This document shows positions 24,003-37,662 of a stretch of 64,000 nt of DNA, piece by piece. Position numbers and translations under genes: made by a program. The notes beneath the pieces were generated by a model. That model saw only the letters and a program-made list of their open reading frames with translations. It did not search any database and was not told where the DNA came from. Position 1 is the stretch's first letter. Each line of letters starts with the position of its first letter. The stretch covers positions 14,508,001 to 14,572,000 of the forward strand of contig OZ024741.1 of the NCBI GenBank assembly GCA_964016885.1, written 5' to 3'. Origin of the DNA: Eledone cirrhosa. Lineage: Eukaryota.

Positions 24003-26518
24003 AATGTAGGAGGTGAGTTTAATTGTAGTACAATAAAGCAATGCAGATATCGGATAAGAAGCACTCTACAGTTTGTAGGACTGGAGTATACATAATATAT
24101 AAGATCAAAAGATGGTTAAATGAGTTCCATGTATTTTATTATGCGCATTTCAAAAACAAATATCATCATGCAATAACATTTGTGTTTTCATCAGATAAAA
24201 TAGGAGGACATGATATGAAGGTTAAAAACACTTGTGGATAGTGCAGTTTTAAATCAACATATGAAAAGTAGTTTTAGATTGATGTGTGATATTGGCTAAA
24301 AAAAATTTTTTTTTGAGGGGGGGGGGAAGATGAAAAGAGGAGGAGATGAGAGTAAAAAGTGGAGGGGGAGGAGTATAAGGAGGAAGGATGAGATAGGAGG
24401 AGAGATGGCTGATAGAGAGAGAGAGATAGCTTTTATAACTGAGAAAAATATATTGTTTTACATAGAGAGGTTGAAAAACCGTTGGAAGATAATGTATAAA
24501 TTAAAAGAATTGAAAATTAACGAAGAGAAAAATAATGTAAAGTTAAGGTTTGTATATTGAAGGGTTTAATATGTGCGATGAAAAGAAATTGTTAATATGT
24601 ATTAAGAATAATATTTAAGGGTTTAATAATATGTGCGATGGAAAGAAAATGTTAATATGTATTAAGAATAATTTTAAGGGTTTAATAATATGTGCGATGG
24701 AAAGAAAATTGTTGATATGTATTATTAAAAAAACAGAAGTAATGTAAGTAAGGATATATTGTGAGATGAGCATGAATAAGTTAGATGAAAGTGAGAAAAA
24801 AATAATGAATAGAGGATGAATAATCTAACGTAAAAAAAAATGTTTATGTTTACGAAGGATTTTTTCAAGGTCATATAAAGTTAGAATATAGTGTATTGTG
24901 TAATAATTGTTTCTATGTTAGGCACAGTGAGAAAAGGTACAGATTAGGGGTTAGAAATTAAAAGAAAAAGAAAAGAAAAGGAAAAGGAAGAAAGGGAAGT
25001 GATGAATAGGAATGATATAGAATATGATAAATAACTTTGAAATAAGGTAGAAAGATGGGTATATTTTTAAAGAAGTATATATATATATATATATATATAG
25101 ATAGATATGTGCCTTTGAGAAAAGGATTCTGAATTGATAAAGTTTAGGATATTAGCTGTATACTTTATGGAAAGTTCTGTGGAATTTATGCAAGCAGATA
25201 GAAAACAAGTCAGTGCGTCTATTTATTATAGAATCTATTTACTATCTTAAATTGCAACATAGTTAACCTTAATATTATTAAGAACAATATACGTAATCTC
25301 TTTAACCAACATAACCTAAAAATTGAATTTGATAACAGCATCAAACTAGCTAATCTCTTGGGTGTATCTCTTAATCTTGACACTGGCCTATATTACCCTT
25401 ACCATAAAAACAATGAGAACCTAAATTATGTTAATTTTAAATCTAACCACCCTACTAATATTAAGAATGCTATAGTTAGTAATATTGGAAAAAGAATATC
25501 TAACCTATCTTCTAATAAAAACATCTTCGATGCTAACGCCAATTACTATAATAACGCGCTTTCTAAAGCCGGCTATCCCGATAAAATCAAATATAATAAA
25601 GAAACAAATTCTAGAAAATCTTACAGTAGAATAATTAATCATGATCATTCCAATAACTTTAATAAAAGACCTAGATACAAAACATAATCTGGTATAATGC
25701 TCCTTTCTCCATCTCTATTAATAATAATATTCCTAAATTATTCTTTAGTGCCTTAAATAAATGCTTCCCTCCCTCACATATCTATAGTAAAATATTTAAC
25801 AAACACACTATCAAATTTTACTATTCGACATCCTTCAACATTTCCAACATCATCTCTAAACACAACAATAAAATACTAAATACTAAATCTCTTCCTTCCA
25901 ACACTGAATATCATAATAATAGTAATAGTACTCCCGACGTCATTGTAAACCCTAGGCTAATTTCTGCAAACCCAAATACAACGTCAAACACAACTTCGCT
26001 AAATGTTCTTAATCCCATTCTAAATCAAGAAAATATTATTCCTATCGCAAATAACTTCTCCAATCCAATTCCTTCTATAGATAACACTAGGTCACTCGTT
26101 AATAATCTCTCTAATCGCAATTGCAATTGCCCTGCTAAAAATAAATGTCCTCTCAACAACCATTGTCTTGATAAAAACTTAATTTATGAATGTAAAGTTA
26201 TAACTGACACCAATTCCTTCACCTATTTTGGTTCAACTTCCACCAATCATCATTCGTCTTTTAAATATAAACTTAAAAGAACCAACACGGCTCTCTCAGG
26301 ACTCATATGGTCCTTGAAAGACAAAAATATTAAATATAACATCTCTTGGAAAAATCTCTGTCTGAATGAAAAATTTACCATTATATCTAATTTAGATTCT
26401 ATAATAAATAGAGGCACTGACTTGTTTTCTATCTGCTTGCATAAATTCCACAGAACTTTCCATAAAGTATACAGCTAATATCCTAAACTTTATCAATTCA
26501 GAATCCTTTTCTCAAAGG

Positions 26519-26597
<79 letters not shown>

Positions 26598-27572
26598 TTC
26601 TTTAAACATATACCCATCTTTCTACCTTATTTCAAAGTTATTTATCATATTCTATATCATTCCTATTCATCACTTCCCTTTCTTCCTTTTCCTTTTCTTT
26701 TTTTTTATTTTAATTTCTAACCCCTAATCTGTACCTTTTCTCACTGTGCCTAACATAGAAACACTTATTACACAATACAATATATTCTTACTTTATATCA
26801 CCTTGAAAAAATCCTTCGTAAACATAAACATTGTTTTTGACGTTAGATTATTGATCCTCTATTCATTATTTTTTTCTCACTTTCATCTAACTTATTCATG
26901 CTCATCTCACAATATATCCTTACTTACATTACTTCTGTTTTTTTAATAATACATATCAACATTTTCTTTCCATCGCACATATTATTAAACCCTTAAAATT
27001 ATTATTAACATTTTCTTTCCATCGCACATATTATTAAACCCTTAAATATTATTCTTAATACATATTAACAATTTCTTTTCATCGCACATATTTAAACCCT
27101 TCAATATACAAACCTTAACCTTACATTATTTTTCTCTTCGTTAATTTTCAAATTCTTTTAATTTATACATTATCTTCCAACGGTTTTTCAACCTCTCTAT
27201 GTAAAACAATATATTTTTCTCAGTCATAAAAGCTATCTCTCTCTCTCTATCAGCCATCTCTCCTCCTATCTCATCCTTCCTCCTTATACTCCTCCCTCTC
27301 CACTTTTTACTCTCATCTCCTCATCTTTTTCATCCTTTCCAACCTCCCCACCTAAAAAAAAAATTTTTTCCCCAATATCACACATCAATCTAAAACTACT
27401 TTTCATATGTTGATTTAAAACTGCACTATCCACAAGTGTTTTTAACCTTCATATCATGTCCTCCTATTTTATCTGATGAAAACACAAATGTTATTGCATG
27501 ATGATATTTGTTTTTGAAATGCGCATAATAAAATACATGGAACTCATTTAACCATCTTTTGATCTTATATAT
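24003..27572. mobile_element. 5'-truncated, head-to-head Penelope-like (Hydra-clade-like) insertion, second subfamily
   Basis: Minus arm 24003-25238 (3' UTR + ORF end); plus arm 25239-27572 (decayed ORF from FTILNCN + 3' UTR); homologous to 36491-43610; HHRs 24133-24201 (-) and 27466-27534 (+). Confidence 0.9.
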
Positions 27573-27654
<82 letters not shown>

Positions 27655-28010
27655 GGTGAATAAATAAAAGTAAAAAGTTAATCATGTCATGGGTTGTTGT
27701 TTTCGAAATTTCGTAAAGAAAATATATCTTTAATTTAAGATATAATTTCTTTTGATTTATAAAAGATATGACTAAGTAACGAATCTGGATATATTGAAGA
27801 GATATGATGAATATATATCTATATATGCCGTATAGAGTTAACTCTGACTGCATAAGTGGTTATAAATTTACACATTTGGTATAAAGCCATACAAACTTTT
27901 TTTTTTATATATATATATGGTTTAAATCCTTTCCTCCTTTCAGTTGTTATACGCCCAGCAGTTTCACTTTACCGTTTATCAAAACGTACTCTCTTTTTTT
28001 CCTTATCTCA

Positions 28011-28077
<67 letters not shown>

Positions 28078-28145
28078 CCTCTCTCTCTCTCTCTCTCTCC
28101 CTCTCTCCCTCTCTCTCTTTCTCTCTCACTTTCTCTTTCTGTGTG

Positions 28146-28182
<37 letters not shown>

Positions 28183-28185
<3 letters not shown>

Positions 28186-28393
28186 TGGTTACACAACAGT
28201 TAGTTCACCATACCGAGAACAATTGTACCACCTTAGCGTATCCTCACCTCGTAAGGACTACGAGCTAAGGATCCGCTAATTTGAAACAATTGTTCTCGGT
28301 ATGGTGAACAAACTTTTGTGTAACCACTTCTACCTAACTCGTCCTTTGGACTGAGTGCTCTACCACAACGGATATTACCTTCCAGTGTTCTAC

Positions 28394-28398
<5 letters not shown>
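28183..28398. mobile_element. Short foldback element with degenerate HHRs and a right-hand tail, (TA)n flanks
   Basis: aagtggttacac...ccgagaacaattg / caattgttctcgg...gtgtaaccactt; related to 7888-7950. Confidence 0.7.
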
Positions 28399-28482
<84 letters not shown>

Positions 28483-28540
28483 ATATAGAGAATGAGAAAA
28501 TGCGAAGTAGTTTCAGATGTAAAAGCCCTTCATTGGTAAT

Positions 28541-28615
28541 GCTGCGATACATATTTCAATGACGACAGTGGCCACACGATTCCGTGTACCCAGTGCCGTG
28601 ACATCATCAGATAGC
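28541..28615 (-). ncRNA. Type I HHR with long stem II in a ~290-bp element between (TA)n runs
   Basis: gctat CTGATGA tgtcacggca...tgtcgtcatt GAAA TATGTA TC gcagc; imperfect stem I. Confidence 0.6.
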
Positions 28616-28769
28616 TTCTTATATAATAAGGTTACGTTTCCAAGGCAATCCAAACAGAAACAACAAAGGAACGGACAAGGCGTGTGTCCTTGAATCATCT
28701 GCCCCTTCCCCTGTGGAAAAAATGCGTCGAGTCGAGTGCTTGATTTGAATTGCATCAATATTTGCCGTG

Positions 28770-28803
<34 letters not shown>

Positions 28804-29496
28804 TGGCGGACTGGGTCTGAAAATATTGGTTGCCAGGAGATGAAGGGGGCCCACCTACATATAGAATGCTATCGTTTAATTTTTATAATGAAAAAATAAC
28901 ATAAAAATTTTTTTTTTTAAATACGTAAGTGGAAACAAAACAGTGCAATCAAAATTTTACGGAAAAAATATCTTACCTTCTCCAATAAAAAAATAGGTAT
29001 TTTGCGAAATCCAGAGAATTTCAATAATGACCAAAACCGACCCTAAATATTACTAATAGCTCTAGTAGCTATCTCGGTGGACTAGTTGGAGGAATCATAG
29101 ACGGTGCTGATCCTGGTCTAAAGTTCAATCCTCGTCGGGAGTAGGGTTCCCAGTAAACCTTTTCAGCTTTTTTCTATGGGTTGTAAAATAAAAATTGAAA
29201 AAGGTTACATGCATCTCTTGACCAGGATTGAACCCAGGCCAGGCTCTCTGCCGGCTATAGTACATATCGCTAGGCCACAGAGACAACTACGAAAATCTCA
29301 TGAAAATCTCATGAAAATTCATACTTATAAACCTACTTTCAAAATTTTCAACACAAAGGGTTTCTTAATGTTATTGCTCCTACTTAAGGTCAACTTCTAC
29401 ATCATTTGGGTGTTCCATAAACTACATCCTCGTTTTCTTTCTCATCTATCTAGATAACATTTTAACCTGTAATCCATGACTCATTTCTGTTGCACC

Positions 29497-29557
<61 letters not shown>

Positions 29558-29688
29558 TTTTCTCTCTCTCTCTCTGTGATATTTGAATCTACTCTGATTT
29601 GCGTTTACCTTATTCCTATATATATGTCTTTGCATGTCAGTTAGATTCAAACTTACAATGATTGGCCTTACATATATATATATATATA

Positions 29689-30010
29689 AATTAATAAAAA
29701 CAATGAATAAAAACAAAGAAACAGTTCCTTATATTTAAAAATTTTAGATGTAAAAATTTTAAATAGATCTATATGATATACATACCAACATACACATATA
29801 TATCCTAGAAACGATCGTAAAATGATTAATTTTTTAATATAAGGAACTGTTTCTTTGTTTTTATTCATTGTTTTTATTAATTTATCTTGACTCTTTTTTC
29901 CTGTGATTTTCATCGAAAGGACTTTTGAATACATCTTCCCTTTTCATGATATTTGGATTACATTGAGTTCTTCATACGGATTGGACACTACCGTATATTT
30001 TGGTAGATTT
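29689..30010. repeat. Foldback (arms 29689-29740 / 29832-29884) with right-hand extension, between (TA)n runs
   Basis: aaattaataaaaacaatgaataaaaacaaagaaacagttccttat and its reverse complement. Confidence 0.75.
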
Positions 30011-30290
30011 ATCTATATATATCTATATATATATATATATATATATCTACAGTGGCGGACTGGGTCTAAAAATATGTGTTGCCAGATGAAAGGGGCCCAC
30101 CTACATATAGAATGCTATCATTTAATTCCTATAATGAATAAATAACATTTTCAAAAATAACATAAGTGGAAACAAAACAGTGCAATCAAAATTTTGCGGA
30201 AAAATATTTTACCTTCTCCAAAAAAATATATGTATTTTGTGAAATCCAAAGACTTTCAATAATGACCTTTGCTCTTAAACACTCACTCTA

Positions 30291-30433
<143 letters not shown>

Positions 30434-30530
30434 ATCACCTTCACCACTAATTGATTTGACAGATGTCTTTAACCCATTGATACCAAATATTATTTGGTCA
30501 GTAGTTCGTGCATATACGTACATATATATA

Positions 30531-31077
<547 letters not shown>

Positions 31078-31603
31078 CTTGTGTGTCTGTGTCTAAATAT
31101 TGCATACATAGATGAATACACTAAGCTTTAGATTCAGTAGAATGTACAACCACTGATTCCAGCTATCTGCCCTAACGTATATTTAGGTTTCTAGTAATTC
31201 CTGGGGAATTGGTTGACCAAATGCTTTGCTTAATTGTTTTACTTATTTTAAAAAAATTTTTATTCTTTCTCTTAGACTTCAGCTATTTTTTTAAAGCAAA
31301 GCATTGGCCCCTAAAATACTACAGTTGACCCTTCAATGCTTCTGTGGGCCCTTGCGATGCTACCATGGGCCCACTGTGGTCCACTTGCCATTGTGCAACC
31401 TGGGAACCTGGCCAGTCCGCCACTGTATATATATATATATTATTACCATAATCTCTGTATATATGTCATTACCATAACGGAAGTCCGATGAGCTTTTGAT
31501 TTCAGAGTCGAGCCAGATCAATATAGATCGCGAATTTTGAGCTGATCAATCGCGAAACGCGCGTCACACCCAAATAAATGTAATGAAAATTTAACACCTC
31601 GTC

Positions 31604-31794
<191 letters not shown>

Positions 31795-31809
31795 CATATA
31801 TATATATGT

Positions 31810-32040
31810 AAGAAAATGAGTTGTTTTTTTTCTAAAGAAAAAAATGAAATGTCCTACACGATTGAAAGTATAAGGAAAAGAAATTGAAAATGCAACTGGA
31901 GTCTTTTACGAATAGTTATTTATTTACTTTACCGGTTTCACAGTTCCTATGATTTTCAAAATTGAGATGGAGGTTTTGTGTTTCTGTTGTGGTTTGTCTC
32001 GCATCAGATACGAGACAAACCACAACAGAAACACAAACCC
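31810..32040 (-). mobile_element. Diverged copy of the 23518-23735 U3-A8 HHR element, ending in a ~32-bp foldback (31972-32040)
   Basis: gtcctacacg..aagtataa..gaaaatgcaactg shared; minus strand TTGAAAA...ctgt GAAA CCGG TA at 31926-31962. Confidence 0.65.
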
Positions 32041-32910
32041 TTAAACATTATTGGAATTCTATTAGAATCCACCTTCTATAATTATCGGCAGAAGCGAAGG
32101 GGTAAGTAGTCTTGATAACCGCTAACGAGCGAGACACAGGACTGTCGATTACTCCCCTTTGTTGTTGCCGAGAATAAGTAAGTGACACAGTCACTACTTT
32201 AAAATTCATAGCGAATGGTCTTTAAAATGTTTTTAATTAAATATACAGTATATTATCAAATGTAATATACATACATTCATATATACATCGCTATTTCAGA
32301 GCACCATACTAATATATATATTCTTCATTCACCTAATTTTTCCCCTCGCGGTGGTTCGTATTTTTTCTGTCACCTTACTGATATCACCTGTTCTCTCCTC
32401 TCCTTCACCTCTTGCCTTTCTCAACTCCCGCTGCTGGTCACTCACTCTCGGCTGGCCCCTTCCTCACACTTTCACTCACTCCCTCTCTGCTTCTCCCCCT
32501 CTCTCACTTCCTCCCGTCTGACCTGCTTGAATTTCTTTCCTCTCTCAATCTTTTCGCGGCTCGGACGTGTCTATTTCTCCTCGTCAATTTGATATGTCGG
32601 ACTTAAGCCCACAGGATTCATTTACTTGTCTCCATTTTACTCTCTTTACGTTGCACTACCATGTGTTTGTTTCTTTCCCTCTGTTTTCCCACTGTCCCGA
32701 TAACTTAATTGAGTTATCTCTCGCACTGATTTTAGGTATCTAGTCTTTAATGCGTCGAAATACCAACGATAATCAGCAGGCTACTGATGAGGACATTTTA
32801 TCTCTTGGTCTATTTTTATATATATATAATAGTTAAAACAGAAAACAAACACAAAGCGAAGAGTGCAGTACAAAGTGTTAGTATTAGGTTCATGCTTGAG
32901 AGTATATATA

Positions 32911-32979
<69 letters not shown>

Positions 32980-33217
32980 CTGTGTATGTGTTTGTGTGCG
33001 TGCGTGCGTGTATGTGTGTGTTTGTGTGTGAAGTGTGATGCCCCAGCATGACCACTTTATAAGTTTTAAATAACTATATTTCATTTCAAGAATTGATTTG
33101 AGATCGAACTTTATAATTAAATAATATTTTACTGGTAGACCCTGAGTGTAATTCTCAGGAAGATTCAGCGTGACACAGTGTATGACAAACCTGGACCTTT
33201 GAATGAAAGGTACAGGC

Positions 33218-33557
33218 CAGGGGTGGCGGAACTTTTCATGTTGAAAGGCCATATTGAAAGGTTATTTGTAATATAATATGGACGCATTCAAGAAACCCTA
33301 ATTATATAAAATCTACATTATTTTGGAAAAATCTAATTACTATGCACTAATTATCTAAACAACGAAAACAAACTTAATTTTCAACCTTTTAATGATTTTG
33401 TTGTGACTGCTGTAGGATAGTATTTTGATATTTGGTTGCAACATGGAGGGACCTTTGATCTGCTAATATTTTAATTCTGGTGTCTGTCAGTGTGGATTAT
33501 TACGTTGAATTTTATTTTACCCTTTCGTATTTAGAATATGTTTATCTTATGGTTTGT

Positions 33558-33592
<35 letters not shown>

Positions 33593-34041
33593 TTCAATTT
33601 AAACGTCCGTATAGAGCTAATAAGCCGTGACAGACTCGGGGAAGTATCGAGTACTCATTATAGTTGGTAATCAAACAGAGCTAGTAAGATAAGTAAGAGA
33701 AAATAAGATAAAAAATAAATAAAATGATAATAAATAAGAGAAAAGGGAAAAAACTAAAATAACAAAAATAACATTTCAAATATTGAAGGAGGCCAATGGT
33801 GTTGGTGGGGGGCAGGTTCTACCCAAATAAACAGAAGTTTCTATTGTTGAATCTTTTCTTGCCTTCCATGTACTCAAAGGTTTTGTTGATATTTGGTAGA
33901 CCTGCAATGAAATATTGAACTATAAGAGATAGACAAAAACAGATTAATGGAAATTAAAAAAATGTTGGAAATGTCAAAAGGTCGCACAGAATAGCATAGA
34001 AGGCCACACGAGGCGTTAAGGCCATAGGTTCTCCATCTTTG
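33218..34041. mobile_element. Old non-autonomous hAT element
   Basis: Imperfect TIR caggggtggcggaact / ggttctccatctttg; 8-bp TSD gtacaggc / gtacagtc. Confidence 0.7.
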
Positions 34042-34049
34042 GTACAGTC

Positions 34050-34688
34050 CATCTGACAAACACTATATATCAATATAGCGCCACAACGGCTCGCTTGGGA
34101 GTTACGGGTTGATAAATTCAAGGGTAACAGGGGAGCATACTCTGAAGTGCAAGGCGAGTGCTTCCACCATGACTTTGAACGTCGCTACCATCTGACAAAC
34201 ACCGTATATCAATATAGCACTATTACGGCTCCCTCGGGAGTTACGGGTTGATAAATTCAAGGGTAACAAGGAAGCATACTCTGAAGTGCAAGGCGAGTGC
34301 TTCCATTTGGATATATTTGACTTTGAACGTCGCTACCAAGAATCATATAATGGAAACATGATGGGAGACTATATATGGTGGCTGATTCGTGAAAGCAATT
34401 TGAAGCTTAAACGTAAATCCCGAAAACCCACTCACGTCTAAGTTTTTGTAAAATCCTAGAATAAATAAATGTTACTTTTTGAATCATATGTCATTTTATT
34501 CCAGCTTTGCTTGAATGACAATGTTCATATTTGGCAGTTTTCCCAATAGGATTAAGCAAATCTAGAAATATTATCATGTCGAAAAAGCAAAGTGTTAAGG
34601 AAATATTAGCCATTTTTCATACTTTCTAGGCATACGCAAATAGAAAATAATAGTCACTACCTAAGGACAAAAATAGTGTAACACGGTG
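34050..34688 (+). mobile_element. 3' remnant of a DDE transposon, probably CMC/Chapaev3-like, with a local ~140-bp duplication
   Basis: DKFKGNKEAYSEVQGECFHLDIFDFERRYQ...MMGDYIWWLIRES; ends GTG followed by TAA. Confidence 0.5.
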
Positions 34689-35119
34689 TAATGACTGACA
34701 GATAGTGTGGTTGCTTGGAAAATCTATCATGAGTACTATTAAGAAATACTATGTATGAAAAATAAGCGACAGGATGAAGATTCGGCTTCGAATAAAAAAA
34801 TAACCGTTAATATATTTATTAAGCACTTAATAAATATAGTATGTGGTTGAGAGCTGAGAGAAAAGCGTGCTCAATACCGAAGTAGAGTTTTAATATTCAT
34901 TTTAAGGCTAAATAGAGAGACTTGTTACTCTGGAGCTCTGATAGTTGGCAGGGGAACAGTGAGTTGTTCCGATGAAGGGTGATACCCAGAAATATTAGTG
35001 TCTGCAGTTTACATGCCAACACAAGAGCAAGAATGAACGGTTCATTCTACTGACACGGCAATAAAAATGAGGCCTCGGGACGGTGTCTACATTTTGTGCT
35101 TATAAAAAAATTCGTCGCA

Positions 35120-36295
35120 GATTACCAGGGATTTTTTCCGTGCGAAGAAAATCAACACTTTATCGTGAAATTAATACTTTTGTTTATATTTTGTTATTGT
35201 GTATGCACAAATATCTGCACACGAATATATAATTATATATATATATATTAAAATAAGAGATTAAAGTTTAAGCAAAGAATTACTGCTTTCACCCTTAACG
35301 GGATCTTCTGAAACTAAAAATATCAATCTGTGAACGCAGAAGTAAATATTTCGAAAAACGTTACACACTATATATATATATAAATACATACACGATACAT
35401 ATATACACACAGCTACGTCATAATGTCGTAATGCAGATAGCCAGGCATACAGACAGATATTATAAGAGCGCGACGTTATATCTATGTATCTATCTAAAAA
35501 GAGAAAGATTAAGAGTTATAGAGTCTTAGTCTTAGTCTTAGATTCTTCCGGAACGTTCGTCGCCAGGTGATCCTTGGGCAACCCCGCCTCCGTTTACCGC
35601 CAGGCGGAGTCCAGTTCATCGCTGTTTTCGAATGCTGTTAATTTGGCAGACGCAGATATGGCCAGTCAGACGGCACCGACGCTCCGTGACCACTCCCTGT
35701 AGCGTGCACGACTCGGCTCTCCGCAGGATCTCCTCGTTTCGCACTCGGTCGCACCAGGACACACGAAGGATCTTTCGCAGGCACCGCTGGTGGAAAGCGT
35801 TCAGCCGTCTCTCTATTTTTGCCGTACTCTTCCAGGTCTCGCTCGCATAAAGCACTGTCGGCAGCACGATGCTCTTGTACAAGGTCATGAGAACGGCCAG
35901 CAACACAGGTCCAGTGATCAGAGTCAACCAACAGGACCTCGAGGAAGTCGATCACTTCACCTATCTGGGCAGCATCCTGACAAGCAGCGGCGACGCGGAG
36001 CTCGACATCAACTGTCGGATCGGCAAAGGAGCCGCAGTTTTCCAGTAGCTGTTCCCAGTCTGGTTATCTTCATGCATTAGCACCAAGACCAAACTCCGCC
36101 TGTACAAGAGTTATATAGAGAGATCGCTAAATCGCCTAATGCGGTCCGTAGAGCATTGAAAATTTGAAATTTCTTCCTCAAAACATTCACAGGACCATAA
36201 GTATTACATGTGTAAAGTTTGAAAACAATCGGTTGGGTGATTCTCTAGTTTTAGTGATCGGACAGACAGACAGACATTCTCTGTTGTAGATATAT
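35120..36295. mobile_element. Helitron-like non-autonomous element, copy 1 (interrupted by an RTE)
   Basis: Collinear with 36296-36440 + 45095-45560; (GACA)n block near one end. Confidence 0.55.
35521..36105. mobile_element. 5'-inverted RTE-clade LINE insertion with TSD
   Basis: Minus part LYKSIVLPTVLYASETW...FHQRCLRKIL with (CTAAGA)3 tail; plus part LEEVDHFTYLGS...TKLRLYK; TSD aagagttata at 35511 and 36106. Confidence 0.85.
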
Positions 36296-36435
36296 ACTAG
36301 CAGAATGGCCCGGCGCTGCTCGAGATTTTCTCTAGGGTTCTTATATATTTGATATATATTTATCCTTCTCGAGCCTCGTGAAATAAATACGTTTGTTTAT
36401 ATTTTGTTATTGTGTATGCAAAAATATCTGTACAC

Positions 36436-36494
<59 letters not shown>

Positions 36495-37662
36495 GGAGGT
36501 GAGTTTTATTGTAGTACAATAAAGCAATGCAGATATCGGATAAGAAGCACTCTACAGTTTGTGGGACTGGAGTATGCATAATATAAGATCAAAAGATGGT
36601 TAAAGGAGTTCCATATATTTTATTATGCGCATTTCAAAAACAAACATCATCAAGCAATAATATTTGTGTTTTCATCAGATAAAACAGGAGAACATGATAT
36701 GAAGGCTAAAAAAACACTTGTTGATAGTGCAGTTTTTAATCAACATATGAAAAGTGGTTTTAGATTGATGTGTGATATTGGGAAAAATATTTTATTTAGA
36801 GAGGGGGGGGGAGGATGAAAAGGGAAGGAGATGAGAGGGAGAGATGGGTGATAGAGAGAAAGAGATAGTTTTTATAACTGAGAGGAGATATATTTTTTAC
36901 ATAGAGGGGTTGAAAACCGTTGGAAGATACTGTATAAATTAAAAATTTTGAAAATTAACGAAGGGAGGATATGTGCGAGGAAAAAATATTTTATTTAGGG
37001 AGCGGGGGGGGATGAAAAAAAGGGGGGAGGAGATGAGAGTGAAGGTGGAGAGGGAGAGATGGGTGATAGAGAGAAAGAGATAGTTTTTATAACTGAGAAA
37101 AAGATATATTGTTTTAATATAGAGAGGTTGGGAACCGTTGGAAGATAATGTATAAATTAAAGGAATTTGAAAATTAACGAAGGGAAATTATGTATGAAGA
37201 TAGAGAGAAAAAAATAATAATTGTGGGTGAATATTCTAACGTCAAAAGAAGAAATGTATGTATTGTGGCAATTTCAAAATTAGCGAAGAGAAAAAAAAAT
37301 GTTAAGGTTTGTGTGTAGAAGGATTTGAGAAAAATAATGTGAAGTTAAAGTTTGTATATTGAATTGATATGTATTAATAATGAGTTCGTTGATGGGGAGA
37401 AAAAAATAATAATAAATTAAGGATGAAATTGAGATTAAAAAGATTTATGATAGAGAGAAAAAATAATAATGATTGCGGATGAATATTCAAAATGTCAAAA
37501 ACAAATGTTATTATTTTACGAGAAGATAGAATGAGGGTAATGAGTAAACGAGTATTATAGAGTGTATAATGCCCTTTAAAGTAAGGTAGATGGGTATATT
37601 TTAAAGAGGTGTATGTATATGTGCCTTTGAGAAAAGATTCTAAATTGATAAAGAATTGAATA

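Noticed and set aside
31483-31567. CCGATGA...GAAACGCGCGTC hammerhead-like motif
   Set aside because: U4C and only a 2-bp stem I; probably a decayed HHR, not counted as intact
34965-35005. CCGATGA-gggtgataccc-GAAA motif
   Set aside because: No stem I or III support; at most a relic
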